DNA of 63,168 bases, filler included, from Octopus bimaculoides (taxonomy: Eukaryota): assembly GCF_001194135.2 (NCBI RefSeq). It is 8 parts of 7 records of this genome, joined end to end, with 100 filler letters (N's around TTAATTAATTAA, not from the genome) between each part and the next. Parts side by side here need not be neighbours in the genome. Positions count along the whole stretch, not along the records: positions 41,510 to 49,460 come from NC_068989.1; positions 49,561 to 51,431 come from NC_069003.1; positions 51,532 to 58,458 come from NC_068982.1; positions 58,559 to 60,699 come from NC_068987.1; positions 60,800 to 63,168 come from NC_069004.1; 3 more parts are not named here. One strand, written 5' to 3'. This document shows, piece by piece, positions 48,951 to 62,128 of this stretch. Under the pieces are notes generated by a model. It saw only the letters and a program-made list of their open reading frames with translations, had not been told where the DNA came from and did no database searches. How positions within the stretch are numbered: the stretch's first letter is position 1; every line of letters begins with the position of its first letter. The position numbers and the translations under genes are program-made.

Positions 48951-49566
48951 TTGAAGGGGTTGGCATTAGGAAAGGCATCTAGTCGTAAGAACGATGCCCA
49001 TACAGACATTGGAACTCAACGCAGTCCTCCGTCTCGTTCAATCCTGTGAAACCGTTAAAGCATAGAAGACGGACGCTAAATGATGATGCATCTGATTATG
49101 TGTATGTATGTATGTATGTATGTATGTATGTATGTATGTATGTATGTATATGTATATATATATGTATGTGTAAGAGTGTATGTGGGTGTGTTTGTGAAGA
49201 AGTGTGAATCCGTTTGTATGAATACGTCTGTATGGATACGTGAATACGTGTGTATGGATATGCTTGTATATATATATATATATTAGAAAATTCTTACAGA
49301 TGTAAACATTGGCAACAACATGTATTTTCAGCATTTAAATAACAATCACTGTTTTTATAAAACGCTATCATATTAACCCGTAATATGTGAGTTCATCAAA
49401 TAGTTCTAGTAAAACATGTTATTAATTCCCTCACATATTAGAAGATTAAAATTGATTACGNNNNNNNNNNNNNNNNNNNNNNNNNNNNNNNNNNNNNNNN
49501 NNNNTTAATTAATTAANNNNNNNNNNNNNNNNNNNNNNNNNNNNNNNNNNNNNNNNNNNNATACAT

Positions 49567-49639
<73 letters not shown>

Positions 49640-50263
49640 CACATATAGGTGTGTGGTTGTGCATAACAGGTTATAGGGATTAATAAATCAGGCAGATATC
49701 TAGTAAGCGAACTTGAAATGTTCTCCTAAGTATAGAAAAGCATTTTATATATTTCAATAGTAAATAACACGTCATTATAATTGCTTTTCCTATAATTTAA
49801 TAAGCATAATTTTTTAAAGTTTTTTTTAAAATTTTATTTTAGAAACAGCTAAATCTACTGATGTAGACATTTCTATGTTTATTTTTTATTCTTTCATTGC
49901 CTGTTTGACGTCATCATGAGTTTAAATACTAAACTGGCTTTTCTTAGCATATATTTCTTCCTAACACTCTCTTTTTGCCTGCAATCATAAATTACAGCCA
50001 TTTTATCAGCTCACTTTAAATTCAAGCTTTTATGAGTTACCTTCATAACACTGAGTTCACATAAATTTTGGATATTTCGAATGTTACAATTGATCCAATA
50101 TAGATCAAGTAGTATTTTGTACTTTTTTCTGTATCCAGAAATGTTTACACAATAGAAATAATCATTGGAGCTGTATGATATAATGATATAGTCCTCAACT
50201 AAAGATGTGATATTCTCCACTTTTATTGATGTTTTATAAATATATACATACATATATATATAT

Positions 50264-50306
<43 letters not shown>

Positions 50307-50319
50307 GAAGTAAGCACAT

Positions 50320-50457
50320 AAATGTGCAACAAGGTGAAAAAAAGAATACTCAAATACCAGAGGTAGAGTAATATGCTTTATTTAAAAGCAGCAGAAATAT
50401 AACAAAAGACTGTTACTCAGAGTTTCACGTTCCCATTCATCGGACAGTTTTGTTACA
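50320..50457 (-). mobile_element. Penelope pLTR-like repeat carrying a hammerhead motif, ending in (TA)n
   Basis: Shares TTGTTATATTTCTGCTGCTTTTAAATAAAG and the ribozyme motif with the inverted copy at 50590-50668. Confidence 0.65.
50410..50447 (-). ncRNA. Minimal type I hammerhead ribozyme motif (variant core)
   Basis: CTGT-CCGATGA-ATG GGAA CGT-GAAACTCTGAGTA-ACAG: stem I CTGT/ACAG, stem II with GGAA loop, palindromic stem III, GUA cleavage triplet; core has U4C. Confidence 0.65.
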
Positions 50458-50597
50458 AGTAGTGTCATTTATTCCCAGGCTTCCATGGAAGCATATCGAG
50501 TCATGAGGAAATATTACCTTGGTTGGAAACAGTTAAGTGTTGGTAACAGGAAGGGCATCCAGCCATAGAAAATCAACCAATTATGATGTGAACAAAA

Positions 50598-50635
50598 CTG
50601 TATGATGAACGGGAACATGAAACTCCGAGTAACAG
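50598..50635 (+). ncRNA. Minimal type I hammerhead ribozyme motif, second copy
   Basis: CTGT-ATGATGA-ACG GGAA CAT-GAAACTCCGAGTA-ACAG; core has C3A and a stem II mismatch. Confidence 0.55.
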
Positions 50636-50677
50636 TTCTTTGTTATATTTCTGCTGCTTTTAAATAAAGTATATGTA

Positions 50678-50716
<39 letters not shown>

Positions 50717-51159
50717 GACACAATATATGAACATGCCAGACAGTATTTTTTAACTCATCTGTTGTCCTAAAGCAACCATCAGGCACTGCCCATGTGGCAT
50801 AACAAACGAGAGACAGATAGAATGAGTACTAGGCTTAATAAAATAAGTCATCGGGTTGAATCATTTAGCTAAAATTCTTGAAGGCGATGCCACAGCATGG
50901 CCACAGTCTCGAACAAGTAAAGGATAAAATATAAAAGATGTGTTAGTATTCATGTGTAGGTGAATGCCCTTCCTAACACCAACCACTCCGAGAGTGTAGT
51001 GGGTGCTTTTACGTGCCATCAGCATGAGAGCCAGTCATATGGTACTCGCAACGGCCACGCTCAAAAAGGTGTTTTTTACGTGCCACCTGCACAGGAGCCA
51101 GTCCAGCAGCACTGGCAATGACCTTGCTCGAATGATTTTCAAATGTGCCATTCAAGAGT

Positions 51160-51385
51160 ACTCTTTTTTCACTCTTTTACTTGTTTCAGTCATTTGACTG
51201 CGGCCATGCTGGAGCACCGCCTTTAGTCGAGCAAATCCACCCCAGGACTTATTCTTTGGAAGCCGAGTACTTATTCTATCAGTCTCTTTTGCCAAACCGC
51301 TATGTTACGGGGACGTAAACACACCACCATCGGTTGTCAAGCGATGTTGGGGAAACAAACACAGACACACAAACATATACACACA
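51160..51385 (-). mobile_element. SINE family A, 3' half
   Basis: CTTTTACTTGTTTCAGTCATTTGACTGCGGCCATGCTGGAGCACCGCC... Confidence 0.85.
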
Positions 51386-51531
51386 CATACATATATATAT
51401 AGACAGACAGACGGATAGATAGATAGATAGANNNNNNNNNNNNNNNNNNNNNNNNNNNNNNNNNNNNNNNNNNNNTTAATTAATTAANNNNNNNNNNNNN
51501 NNNNNNNNNNNNNNNNNNNNNNNNNNNNNNN

Positions 51532-51566
<35 letters not shown>

Positions 51567-52004
51567 TTATATATACGGGGAGAGAGAGAGAGAGCGATAA
51601 ACAGATAGATAATCAGATAGATAGATAGATAGATAGATAGATGAACACACGCCCAATATACACACACTCACACACGCATATATATTCAATCAGTACTTTG
51701 TGTCTAGTTCCAGCCTCCGACTCTTCCCTCTCTCCCCTATTTAGTCATTAAAAGAACCCTTTCTTCCTTCTATACGTCATCTATATTTATGCTTCTTTAC
51801 ATTTTATTTTATGTTTATCTTTTTGTTTGTCTCGCGATCTCTTTTGACGATCTGCTAAGATTCCCACCCTGCAAATTCACTCAGGTACGGAGGAGCTAGC
51901 TATTGACACCAGCGACAGCGTATACTACCTATTGGCACAGTATAGAGAGAGTAGCTAACATTCACTACCTGACGTAACCATCATCAATAGAATACATAAT
52001 CATC

Positions 52005-52349
52005 ATCATCATCATCATCATCATTACATTATTATCGTATCATCATCGTGGTCGTCGTCTTCATCATCATTATCATTATCATCATCTCCACCACTACTAC
52101 CACTACTATCATCATCATCATCATCATCCTCCTCCTCATCATCATCATCCTCATCATCATCATCCTCATCATCATCATCATATTCATCATCATCATTGTC
52201 ATCATCATTGTCATCATCAACAGCGCACTCATCATCATCATCATCATCATTACCACCATCATCATCATCATCTTCATCATCATCATTATCATCATCATCA
52301 TCATCATCATCATCATTATCACCACCATCGTCGTCATCATCGTCAGCCA
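52005..52349. repeat. (CAT)n-rich microsatellite
   Basis: Direct inspection. Confidence 0.95.
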
Positions 52350-53856
52350 NNNNNNNNNNNNNNNNNNNNNNNNNNNNNNNNNNNNNNNNNNNNNNNNNNN
52401 NNNNNNNNNNNNNNNNNNNNNNNNNNNNNNNNNNNNNNNNNNNNNNNNNNNNNNNNNNNNNNNNNNNNNNNNNNNNNNNNNNNNNNNNNNNNNNNNNNNN
52501 NNNNNNNNNNNNNNNNNNNNNNNNNNNNNNNNNNNNNNNNNNNNNNNNNNNNNNNNNNNNNNNNNNNNNNNNNNNNNNNNNNNNNNNNNNNNNNNNNNNN
52601 NNNNNNNNNNNNNNNNNNNNNNNNNNNNNNNNNNNNNNNNNNNNNNNNNNNNNNNNNNNNNNNNNNNNNNNNNNNNNNNNNNNNNNNNNNNNNNNNNNNN
52701 NNNNNNNNNNNNNNNNNNNNNNNNNNNNNNNNNNNNNNNNNNNNNNNNNNNNNNNNNNNNNNNNNNNNNNNNNNNNNNNNNNNNNNNNNNNNNNNNNNNN
52801 NNNNNNNNNNNNNNNNNNNNNNNNNNNNNNNNNNNNNNNNNNNNNNNNNNNNNNNNNNNNNNNNNNNNNNNNNNNNNNNNNNNNNNNNNNNNNNNNNNNN
52901 NNNNNNNNNNNNNNNNNNNNNNNNNNNNNNNNNNNNNNNNNNNNNNNNNNNNNNNNNNNNNNNNNNNNNNNNNNNNNNNNNNNNNNNNNNNNNNNNNNNN
53001 NNNNNNNNNNNNNNNNNNNNNNNNNNNNNNNNNNNNNNNNNNNNNNNNNNNNNNNNNNNNNNNNNNNNNNNNNNNNNNNNNNNNNNNNNNNNNNNNNNNN
53101 NNNNNNNNNNNNNNNNNNNNNNNNNNNNNNNNNNNNNNNNNNNNNNNNNNNNNNNNNNNNNNNNNNNNNNNNNNNNNNNNNNNNNNNNNNNNNNNNNNNN
53201 NNNNNNNNNNNNNNNNNNNNNNNNNNNNNNNNNNNNNNNNNNNNNNNNNNNNNNNNNNNNNNNNNNNNNNNNNNNNNNNNNNNNNNNNNNNNNNNNNNNN
53301 NGTCGATAGTTGTATGAAGTTGGGTGTCGGTAGATATAAATGAATCGAGGTGGGGGGGTGATGGTAGCGGTGGTTGTGGCAGTAGCGATAGTGTTCTCAG
53401 TAGTGATGGCCATGGTGATATGGTGCCAATAGCTGTTTTGGCTAAGATAACTCTGACGCCGTTTATGCACGAGTAGTAATGGTGGAGGTGGTGGTGACAC
53501 CAAAGGTAGTTTTGATAGTGGTAACTTGTGGTGGCGCTAACCATAGCACTTGTTTTGGTGATGATGGTAGCAACATCTACTGTGCTGTTGACTGTGCTAC
53601 TGTTGCTGATATTTCTACTAGTAATAGCAAATTTTTGTTGCTGTTGTTATTGTTAGTAGTGGTGGTGGTGGTGGTGGTGGCCTGTCTAGCTGTCTGTTTA
53701 TCTGTCTGTCTTTCTCTCGCCCTCTCTCTCCCCTTCTCACTCATACCCTTTCAGTCAATCTATTTAATTAGTACCACAAAAAGAAAAAAGAAACAAAAAT
53801 CCGACCTCTTCACTTTATCTGATCCTCACTCAGTGGCTCTAGTAATGGTGCCGGTT

Positions 53857-53887
<31 letters not shown>

Positions 53888-54859
53888 TGGGAGGAGGAGA
53901 AAGAGGAGGAGGAAGGGGAGGAGGAGGGTGAGGAGGAGCAAGAACAGGAATAGCGCTGATGATGTGACGGTCGTGGTGGTAGCAGTGTAGGTAATGGTAG
54001 TATTGTAGTGACGCTCATCCCTCAATCGATGCCTTGTCAAAATCATGAAAACATGGTTGTTGGTTTCGATTCTTTACGTACTAAGTTCAAACCTCAACCA
54101 AAGTCTACTTTGTCAACCATCCCCCACCTAGGGTTAGATTTCACAATACTAGCCAAATACTAGCCCCACTCCCGACTAATGGCTTTAGCTTTCAGAAATG
54201 TTATTTACTCTCCAAGTCGGGTCTAGTCGTGTAAACTTAGGGTCAAAGACAGTCGATATGTGATCATCCCATCTGTTTAAACATAATTTCTCTCAGACTA
54301 ATGTGTCCTTCCTTTTATTTAAAATACTGTAAACTGTGATTTCTAGCTAGACAAGCGATCACATTTATATGGCTGAAATGCTGGAGGTGACAATGCTATT
54401 ATTCAGTGCTACCAGGTGCATGGGTGAGGGATAGTCATTGCTTTGCCATTGCTAGAAGCACGAAGATAACAAAATGGTTTTTACTGTAGACGTCCAGTGT
54501 TCGGATATCGCTTATTTTGTAAGAATTAAATCCGTCAACTATTGTCGTAGATAATAACTATTCCGAATTTCTTCAGCAAATATACCGAATTTCTTCAGCA
54601 AAGAAAAACTTACAGCCTTGTTGCTACTTGGGAATGCTTCCTTGGTCTGATTGTTGTACTGTAAACAAAGATTTTCAGCTTTGGCCAATATTCTTGCTCA
54701 ACATTATTTCCACGCATCAAATGAAAAGGAACGTGGTGGTGAAGAGAGACGAGTTTTTCTCCAATCCATTTACAGGAAGGTTGATGAGTTTGACGAATTT
54801 GATGTTAGTGATTGGACTTTCTTAAAATGTAATCCACAGATCACAACAGAAAAAACGTA

Positions 54860-56101
54860 CTGGGTTGGCAACTAAGTACCCGCCGTTTTTTAAAATTTTG
54901 GAATTTATTGCGTTTTTTTCTAGTTAATTTTAGTTAATTTTTGTTTATTTTCAGATCATTAAAATGGAATGTCAAGTTAGGAAAAACGAAAATTTTCGAC
55001 ACTTCCTTCTTTTTGCTTTTAATCAAGGTTCTAAGGCTGCAAAAGCTGCTCGCGACATTTGTGCTGCGTATGGAGGGGGTGCCAAAGCTGAAAAAACCGC
55101 TCGTGATTGGTATGCCAAGTTCAAAAATGGAAATTTTGACCTCAAAGACGCACCTCGTTCTGGCCGTCCAGTTGAGTTCGACGAAGAGCGATTAAGCTAA
55201 ATTTTGCACGAAAATTCTAGTCAAACGACAAGGGAACTGGCAGAGAAAATGGAATGCTCCCACGCTGCTATAGAGAAGCATGGGAAAGGTTCAGAACCTC
55301 GATGGGAAAGGTTCAGAAGTATGGAGCATGGGTTCCGCTTGCTTTAAGTGACAACAACAAAAATCAACGAGCCACAATCTCCGCTGGTTTTATTGCTCGT
55401 CACCGCTCAACTCATGGACACAAGCAACGATTTCTTTACCGAATTGTTACTGACGACGAAAAATGGTGCCTGTGCATCAATATGTAGCAGTGTAAGGAAT
55501 GGCTCAGCCTCGGTAAACAAGCGATACCGCACGTGAAACAAGATCTTCATCCGCGTAAAACGACGCTGTGCGTATGGTGGGATTGGGAAGGGATTATCCA
55601 TTACGAATTGCTTGAAGAGAACCAAACGGTCAACGCCGAACTTTATGTTCAACAGATGGAATGACTCAACGCGGCTATTCAAGAGAAAAGACCTAATCGG
55701 CAGCATGGAGTTCTTCTGCTGCACGACAACGCCCGCCCTCATATCGCCAATATGACTAAGGAAGCCATTCAAACGCATGGCTGGGAAGTGCTGCCACACC
55801 CGCCGTACTCTCTTGATTTGGCACCAACGGATTTCCACCTCTTTCGATTTCTTTCAAATGCTATGCGCGGAGTTTCGTTCAATACTGATGCAGAATTGAG
55901 AGCTTGGTTGGATCAATTTGTCGAGTTGAAATCGGGTGATTTCTACCAACGAGGTATTGAAAATCTTGTTGAACGTTGGGAAGAAGTTGTAAACAACAAG
56001 GGTGAATACATTATTGATTAATTAGTTGTTATTTTTTATTAAATCTTTTAAAAGAACTGAATAAAAGAAAAAAAACGGTGGGAACTTAGTTGCCAACCCA
56101 A
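54860..56101 (+). mobile_element. Full-length mariner transposon (1242 bp), TA TSD
   Basis: TIR (C/T)TGGGTTGGCAACTAAGT.CCC.CCGTTTTT at both ends; TA at 54858-54859 and 56102-56103. Confidence 0.95.
54964..56021 (+). pseudogene. Mariner DD34D transposase with stops and frameshifts
   Basis: HTH ...WYAKFKNGNFDLKDAPRSGRP, WVPLAL, IVTDDEKW, HDNARPH, HPPYSLDLAPTDFHLF; in-frame TAA at 55198-55200 and further disruptions. Confidence 0.92.
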
Positions 56102-56504
56102 TACTTACACTTCATTTTCAGGATAATTCGAGATTTGTTGCTTCCTTTATTCGTTCTAGGGACATATTTTTTTTTGCATTTCATTTATGATTTTTATCAA
56201 CTTTATGCGAATCTTATAGTTTATTCTATTTATTTAATTTTGGGGACATTTTTCAACATTCATTATTATTGAGGCAGTAAAATTGTTAGTACCGTTGTTA
56301 TTCGTGTTCTTGTCATAATAATAATAATAATAATTATTATTATTATTATTAACTGAGTTCAAATTCCGTCGAGGCCGACTTTCCTTTTCATCCTTTCAGG
56401 GTCAATAAAGTACCAATGAAACACTGGGGTCGATGTAATCGACTAGTCCCCGCCCCCGCCCACCAATTTTCAGTCCTTATGCCTTTAGTAGAAAGGATTA
56501 TTAT

Positions 56505-57312
56505 TACTGAGACCCTGAGCGCCGACGAAAACGAACTGGCGAGTCTGTTCCGGAGGACTTTCTTATTGGGAACTATCATGGATAATGTCCTTGGCCTGGC
56601 AGTGCCACCAGGGGGCGCTACCGGTTCGTGATAAACTCTACAGGAACAGATGTGCTGTCAGACGGACTTGTACGCGGGGGGCACGGAGTGAAACTGTTCT
56701 GCACTCACCTGTTCAATCTCCGGCCATTACTGACTTGCGGGGTTATGTCGAACAGCTGCTGTCGTGTGTGTGATGGATCCGGCTGTCGGCCGAGTCCATA
56801 GTGATGATTGCCCCACTGCCCTCCTTTAATCGAGCAGACATGGCAGTTTTCCTTTGCTTGGTGGCTGTGGCGAAAGAGATTATTTAGTGGACAAGGCTGA
56901 AAGATATTGGTAGCAGTTTCACTTAAAAAGGAAATTGAGGGTGGAGAAGAAAGTGCTGTCCCCGAGAAAGTTTACTGAAAGGTGGGTGAAAGTTGCGAAA
57001 ATGGCATGGGTGGGTGATACCTGTCTAAGTGTAGACCTGTGAATCGGAGAAATGCAATTGCAAGGGGTACTTGCTCTTCGTGTTCAGGGAGATCTCAGAC
57101 TGTGGGGTTATCCTGTATCAAGAGTGCTACATCTCTATCATCCCCAACTCTTATTTTTTTTTTAACTTTGTATACCATGTATATTTCCCTTCCTTTTCAT
57201 TGTATACCGTGTATACTTACCACCCCTTTATTTTTTGTATTTCATTATATGTAGATCCCCATACTTTGTCTCTGTCTTTGTATTGTCCCCCCTCCGCCCC
57301 GGTGGTAAATGA
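56505..57312 (+). mobile_element. 5'-truncated Tx1/L1 LINE 3' end, between the SINE B (ATT)n tail and (ATC)n
   Basis: AWQCHQGALPVRDKL...SETVLH...VQSP.ITDL..YVEQLLS (zinc-binding region), SAESIV, T-rich 3'UTR ending GGTGGTAAATGAAAT; homologous to 4232-4875. Confidence 0.8.
56602..56620 (+). promoter_or_regulatory. CTCF-consensus-like motif inside the Tx1 remnant
   Basis: GTGCCACCAGGGGGCGCTA matches 17 of 19 positions of the canonical TGGCCACCAGGGGGCGCTA. Confidence 0.35.
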
Positions 57313-57348
57313 AATCATCATCCTCATCATCGTCATCATCAGCATCTG

Positions 57349-57385
<37 letters not shown>

Positions 57386-58592
57386 GTCGTCATCGTCATT
57401 ATTATTATTGTGTGAGAGAGCAATGCATACCATCAAAGTGACACTGAGGTACAAATATACGAAGCCCAATATACCCATCATGACTACCCGTTTGATAAGG
57501 GTACAAATGTAACATCTATGTTTCCAGAGGTAAATTATTCAAACCCTAAAGAATTCCTCTCGACACATGGCTATTATTATCATTATTATTGTTGTTGTTG
57601 TTGTTGTTGTTGTTGCTGTTGTTACTATTGTTATGCGAGTTTTATAGAATTACTTGCCAGCTTTCAGCTACCAGAATTGGGGTTGCCATAAAGGAACGTT
57701 ATTTACAAGGTGAAGTATGTGTTGTGTACATATAACTTGGTGTTAAATATATAGAGATATACAAAGTATAATGTGAAGGAAAGCCTTTTTAAGGTATGTG
57801 CCATTTACAGCTACTCTATAATTCATATTTTTGAGATAGACAGCTCCCTTTATAGTATGTGGGCAGTGATGGTCAATAATATATTTTGAATTTCCTGGGG
57901 AGAAATGATTCATCTGGAATATTGCAATATTGCTCAAATTCTTCCTATAACCTTTTCTTATCATACCTAAAAACTTTATGATCATTGAGTCTGCCTTAGC
58001 TTTAAGAGACCACATCTTTCTAATCTCAATCTCCAAGATTTTGTGATTGCTTAGTTTTTAAATTTCTTTTATCGTTATGGTTTAAGCTAATGGAATACTT
58101 TTATCAATCTATTTACAGGTTTTATCTTTCTTGTTCTTGGGAATGATACCTGGTCTTTTGAAATATCCGGTCCGTGCTAACAGAAATTCCCAGATTATAG
58201 TTACATTATTTCTTTCCATTACTGGCTCTGATTGGTGTTAATAGCCGTTGAGGGCTGTTACTATTTTGAAATAGTTACATAGCTTCCATTGCATCTATGG
58301 ACCTACACTGTCATGGCGATTCTTATAGTTAATTATATTTATTTACATATATAAACGTTGAATATATCGAGAATATATCGAGAAATTAAATACGCACGCA
58401 CACACGCACACACACACCCACACACAAACACACACAAACATATATATATATATATATANNNNNNNNNNNNNNNNNNNNNNNNNNNNNNNNNNNNNNNNNN
58501 NNTTAATTAATTAANNNNNNNNNNNNNNNNNNNNNNNNNNNNNNNNNNNNNNNNNNNNTAGGTAAGGTGTGTGCATGTGTTTGTTTGTGTGT

Positions 58593-58644
<52 letters not shown>

Positions 58645-58749
58645 AACACATTAGATATTGTTGTCCTAGATGCGCGATGCTCCTGAAAAAGGGCTGGATG
58701 TTCGTGAATGGGATCCATGCTGATCAGGGATTGACAAGTACCTTTCTAA

Positions 58750-59095
58750 CCACAGGCGAAAGCGGAGTGCACAAAAATTACCACACAGATCATTTGGCCC
58801 CGATTTATGCAAGGAGACTAAAATGGTATCAATCCAGTCTTGAGGCACTTTCTCAGTTCTCCAACAGTGACAAATTAATACATTTAAGAGTTCAAACATT
58901 TGTCCCCACCCCCACCCCATATTTCAAGACCTCTGCACAGATTCCATCAGACCTTGGAGACTTATTGTTATTCAGCTTATTCACAGCTAAATAAATGTCA
59001 TTTAGAGTTGGTTCAAATGCCATCTTTTCTATAACTGGAAGGTATTCGATTTTTTCTATCGTCCTCATGTCAGCGGATGATGGTCTATTCAAAAG
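58750..59095 (-). mobile_element. RTE-clade LINE RT N-terminal remnant
   Basis: FEPTLNDIYLAVNKLNNNKSPRSDGICAEVLK and CWRTEKVPQDWIDTILVSLHK...CGN. Confidence 0.8.
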
Positions 59096-59129
59096 TGTAG
59101 AAAAATGTTCTATGGTCTGTTCAAAAGTG

Positions 59130-59500
59130 TAGAGAAATGTGTGAGGTCAAAGTTACCAGAACGAAATTTTGCAAACCAATTCGATACTGTCTGCTGTGTA
59201 ATAACATTAAAATGAAATACTCCATTAATATTCTGAACTGTCTGTGATGCTGTATTTCCAAGAAAGAACTCATATTTCAAAACTGTACGAATTTCCGACT
59301 TAGCCATCTCTAAACAAAAATAGTAAAAAACGATTTATAAATACTTTATAAAGCGTAAAATAAATTAGAATAATGAAATAGATGTGTCAGCTTTCTCACA
59401 AAAAATAAAGATTTTTAAAATATAGCAATGGCGCAAAATGAGCAGCTGTCAAAGTTTACCATACACCTTACTACAAATTTCATACTTGATGACCTAATAC
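59130..59500 (-). mobile_element. Mariner 5' fragment (TIR + HTH)
   Basis: TATTAGGTCATCAAGTA terminus; MAKSEIRTVLKYEFFLGNTASQTVQNIN...TVSNWFAKFRSGNFDL. Confidence 0.8.
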
Positions 59501-59751
59501 ATGTCAGGTCACTCTTAAGTGCTTCTTGTAGCATGTAATCCAGTACAATTGTCGCATAGTCGGGGTCATCAGCGACTTAACTGGCAACCCCAGCAGGCTT
59601 CCTTGCTGAGAAGGGTGACTGTTGGACGCCCTGCGGGTTGAAAAATAAGATCCGTCAAAGAGCGGAGGAATTCATGAGCAGTCAACGGCCATCCAACAAA
59701 TATGTGTAAATATGTATATACATACATACATACATATATACATACATACAT

Positions 59752-59799
<48 letters not shown>

Positions 59800-60535
59800 G
59801 CATACATACATATATACATATATATATATGTATGTATGNNNNNNNNNNNNNNNNNNNNNNNNNNNNNNNNNNNNNNNNNNNNNNNNNNNNNNNNNNNNNN
59901 NNNNNNNNNNNNNNNNNNNNNNNNNNNNNNNNNNNNNNNNNNNNNNNNNNNNNNNNNNNNNNNNNNNNNNNNNNNNNNNNNNNNNNNNNNNNNNNNNNNN
60001 NNNNNNNNNNNNNNNNNNNNNNNNNNNNNNNNNNNNNNNNNNNNNNNNNNNNNNNNNNNATATATATATATATATAAATATACATATATGGTGTCAAAAG
60101 CGTGCATTAGAATTTACCCACCATATGATGGTTAACCCTTTGTTTTATTATTATTTTTTTTTGTTTCTTGAAACTACAAGATGCTTTTCATGTGACTAAA
60201 ATAGTGTACCTTCTCCAGCGTCTCGCGTCCAGTTAATTAGCAAGGTGCTTCATTTCAGTTTAGTTTAATTATAAACACACTCAGACACATCCGTCTGTCT
60301 GCTGTGGAAAACTAGGTTGATGATTCTTTAATCTCTGATATCAAGGATTTCAATTAACTCCAATAGAGGAACCATGTAAACTCTGTGTGTGTGTTTGTGT
60401 GTGTGCGCGCGCACCTGCGTACATGTGCGCTGTGCACGTATATCACATCTATATGTATAAACATGTGTGTATGTGTAAATATATTTATGTGTATATGCAT
60501 GTGTTTGTATGCGTATAAATATATGCATATATCTG

Positions 60536-60576
<41 letters not shown>

Positions 60577-61085
60577 ACGTACGCATGACAGTATATATGC
60601 ATTACGATTGTACACTTTTATACACACAAACACATATCCACACATATATACGTGCATACATATACATCCATACATGTACACACACAAACACACACACACN
60701 NNNNNNNNNNNNNNNNNNNNNNNNNNNNNNNNNNNNNNNNNNNTTAATTAATTAANNNNNNNNNNNNNNNNNNNNNNNNNNNNNNNNNNNNNNNNNNNNT
60801 ATATATATATATATAATTATATATAGATTGTCTTCATTAAGATTCGTATTATTCATATTACTGTTATTATTAGTGTTATTATTATGACATATTATTATTA
60901 TTATTATATCAGATATTATGTTCAATATTAATACTATTATCATAATCATTATTATTATTATTATTATTGCCGCCGTTGTTGTTCCAGTATTCTCTTTTCA
61001 CAAATAATTAAATTATATAAATATTGAAGGAAATATTATGATATATTATTTAAATAATAATAATAATAATAATAATAATAATTAA

Positions 61086-61160
<75 letters not shown>

Positions 61161-61492
61161 TATTATTATTATTATTATTGTTGTTGTCGTTGTTATTGTT
61201 ATTATTATTATTATATTCTTTGCTTTTCACGTCATTTCAAAATCAATGGGTATAGTATATTTGCTGGGATTCCTGTATTCATATAAAGAACAGTAACAAC
61301 AACGCAACAACGACGGCTGCAACAAAAGGCTAAAAAGCAGCAAGCAACAGTAACAACAACAATGGTTATTTCGTCTCGAAATCCTATATGGAAACAAACT
61401 ATTGTAGTGAGAACGATGCAGCTATATCTTTAACATAGCACTGTTGTTATGTCATGGCAGATATAATAGTACATTTGTGTCTACACACGAAT

Positions 61493-61525
<33 letters not shown>

Positions 61526-62070
61526 NNNNNNNNNNNNNNNNNNNNNNNNNNNNNNNNNNNNNNNNNNNNNNNNNNNNNNNNNNNNNNNNNNNNNNNNNNN
61601 NNNNNNNNNNNNNNNNNNNNNNNNNNNNNNNNNNNNNNNNNNNNNNNNNNNNNNNNNNNNNNNNNNNNNNNNNNNNNNNNNNNNNNNNNNNNNNNNNNNN
61701 NNNNNNNNNNNNNNNNNNNNNNNNNNNNNNNNNNNNNNNNNNNNNNNNNNNNNNNNNNNNNNNNNNNNNNNNNNNNNNNNNNNNNNNNNNNNNNNNNNNN
61801 NNNNNNNNNNNNNNNNNNNNNNNNNNNNNNNNNNNNNNNNNNNNNNNNNNNNNNNNNNNNNNNNNNNNNNNNNNNNNNNNNNNNNNNNNNNNNNNNNNNN
61901 NNNNNNNNNNNNNNNNNNNNNNNNNNNNNNNNNNNNNNNNNNNNNNNNNNNNNNNNNNNNNNNNNNNNNNNNNNNNNNNNNNNNNNNNNNNNNNNNNNNN
62001 NNNNNNNNNNNNNNNNNNNNNNNNNNNNNNNNNNNNNNNNNNNNNNNNNNNNNNNNNNNNNNNNNNNNNN

Positions 62071-62128
<58 letters not shown>

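Noticed and set aside
53300-54010. Gly/Val/Ser-rich ORFs
   Set aside because: Degenerate GGT/GAG/GTA trinucleotide repeats without splice or domain support.
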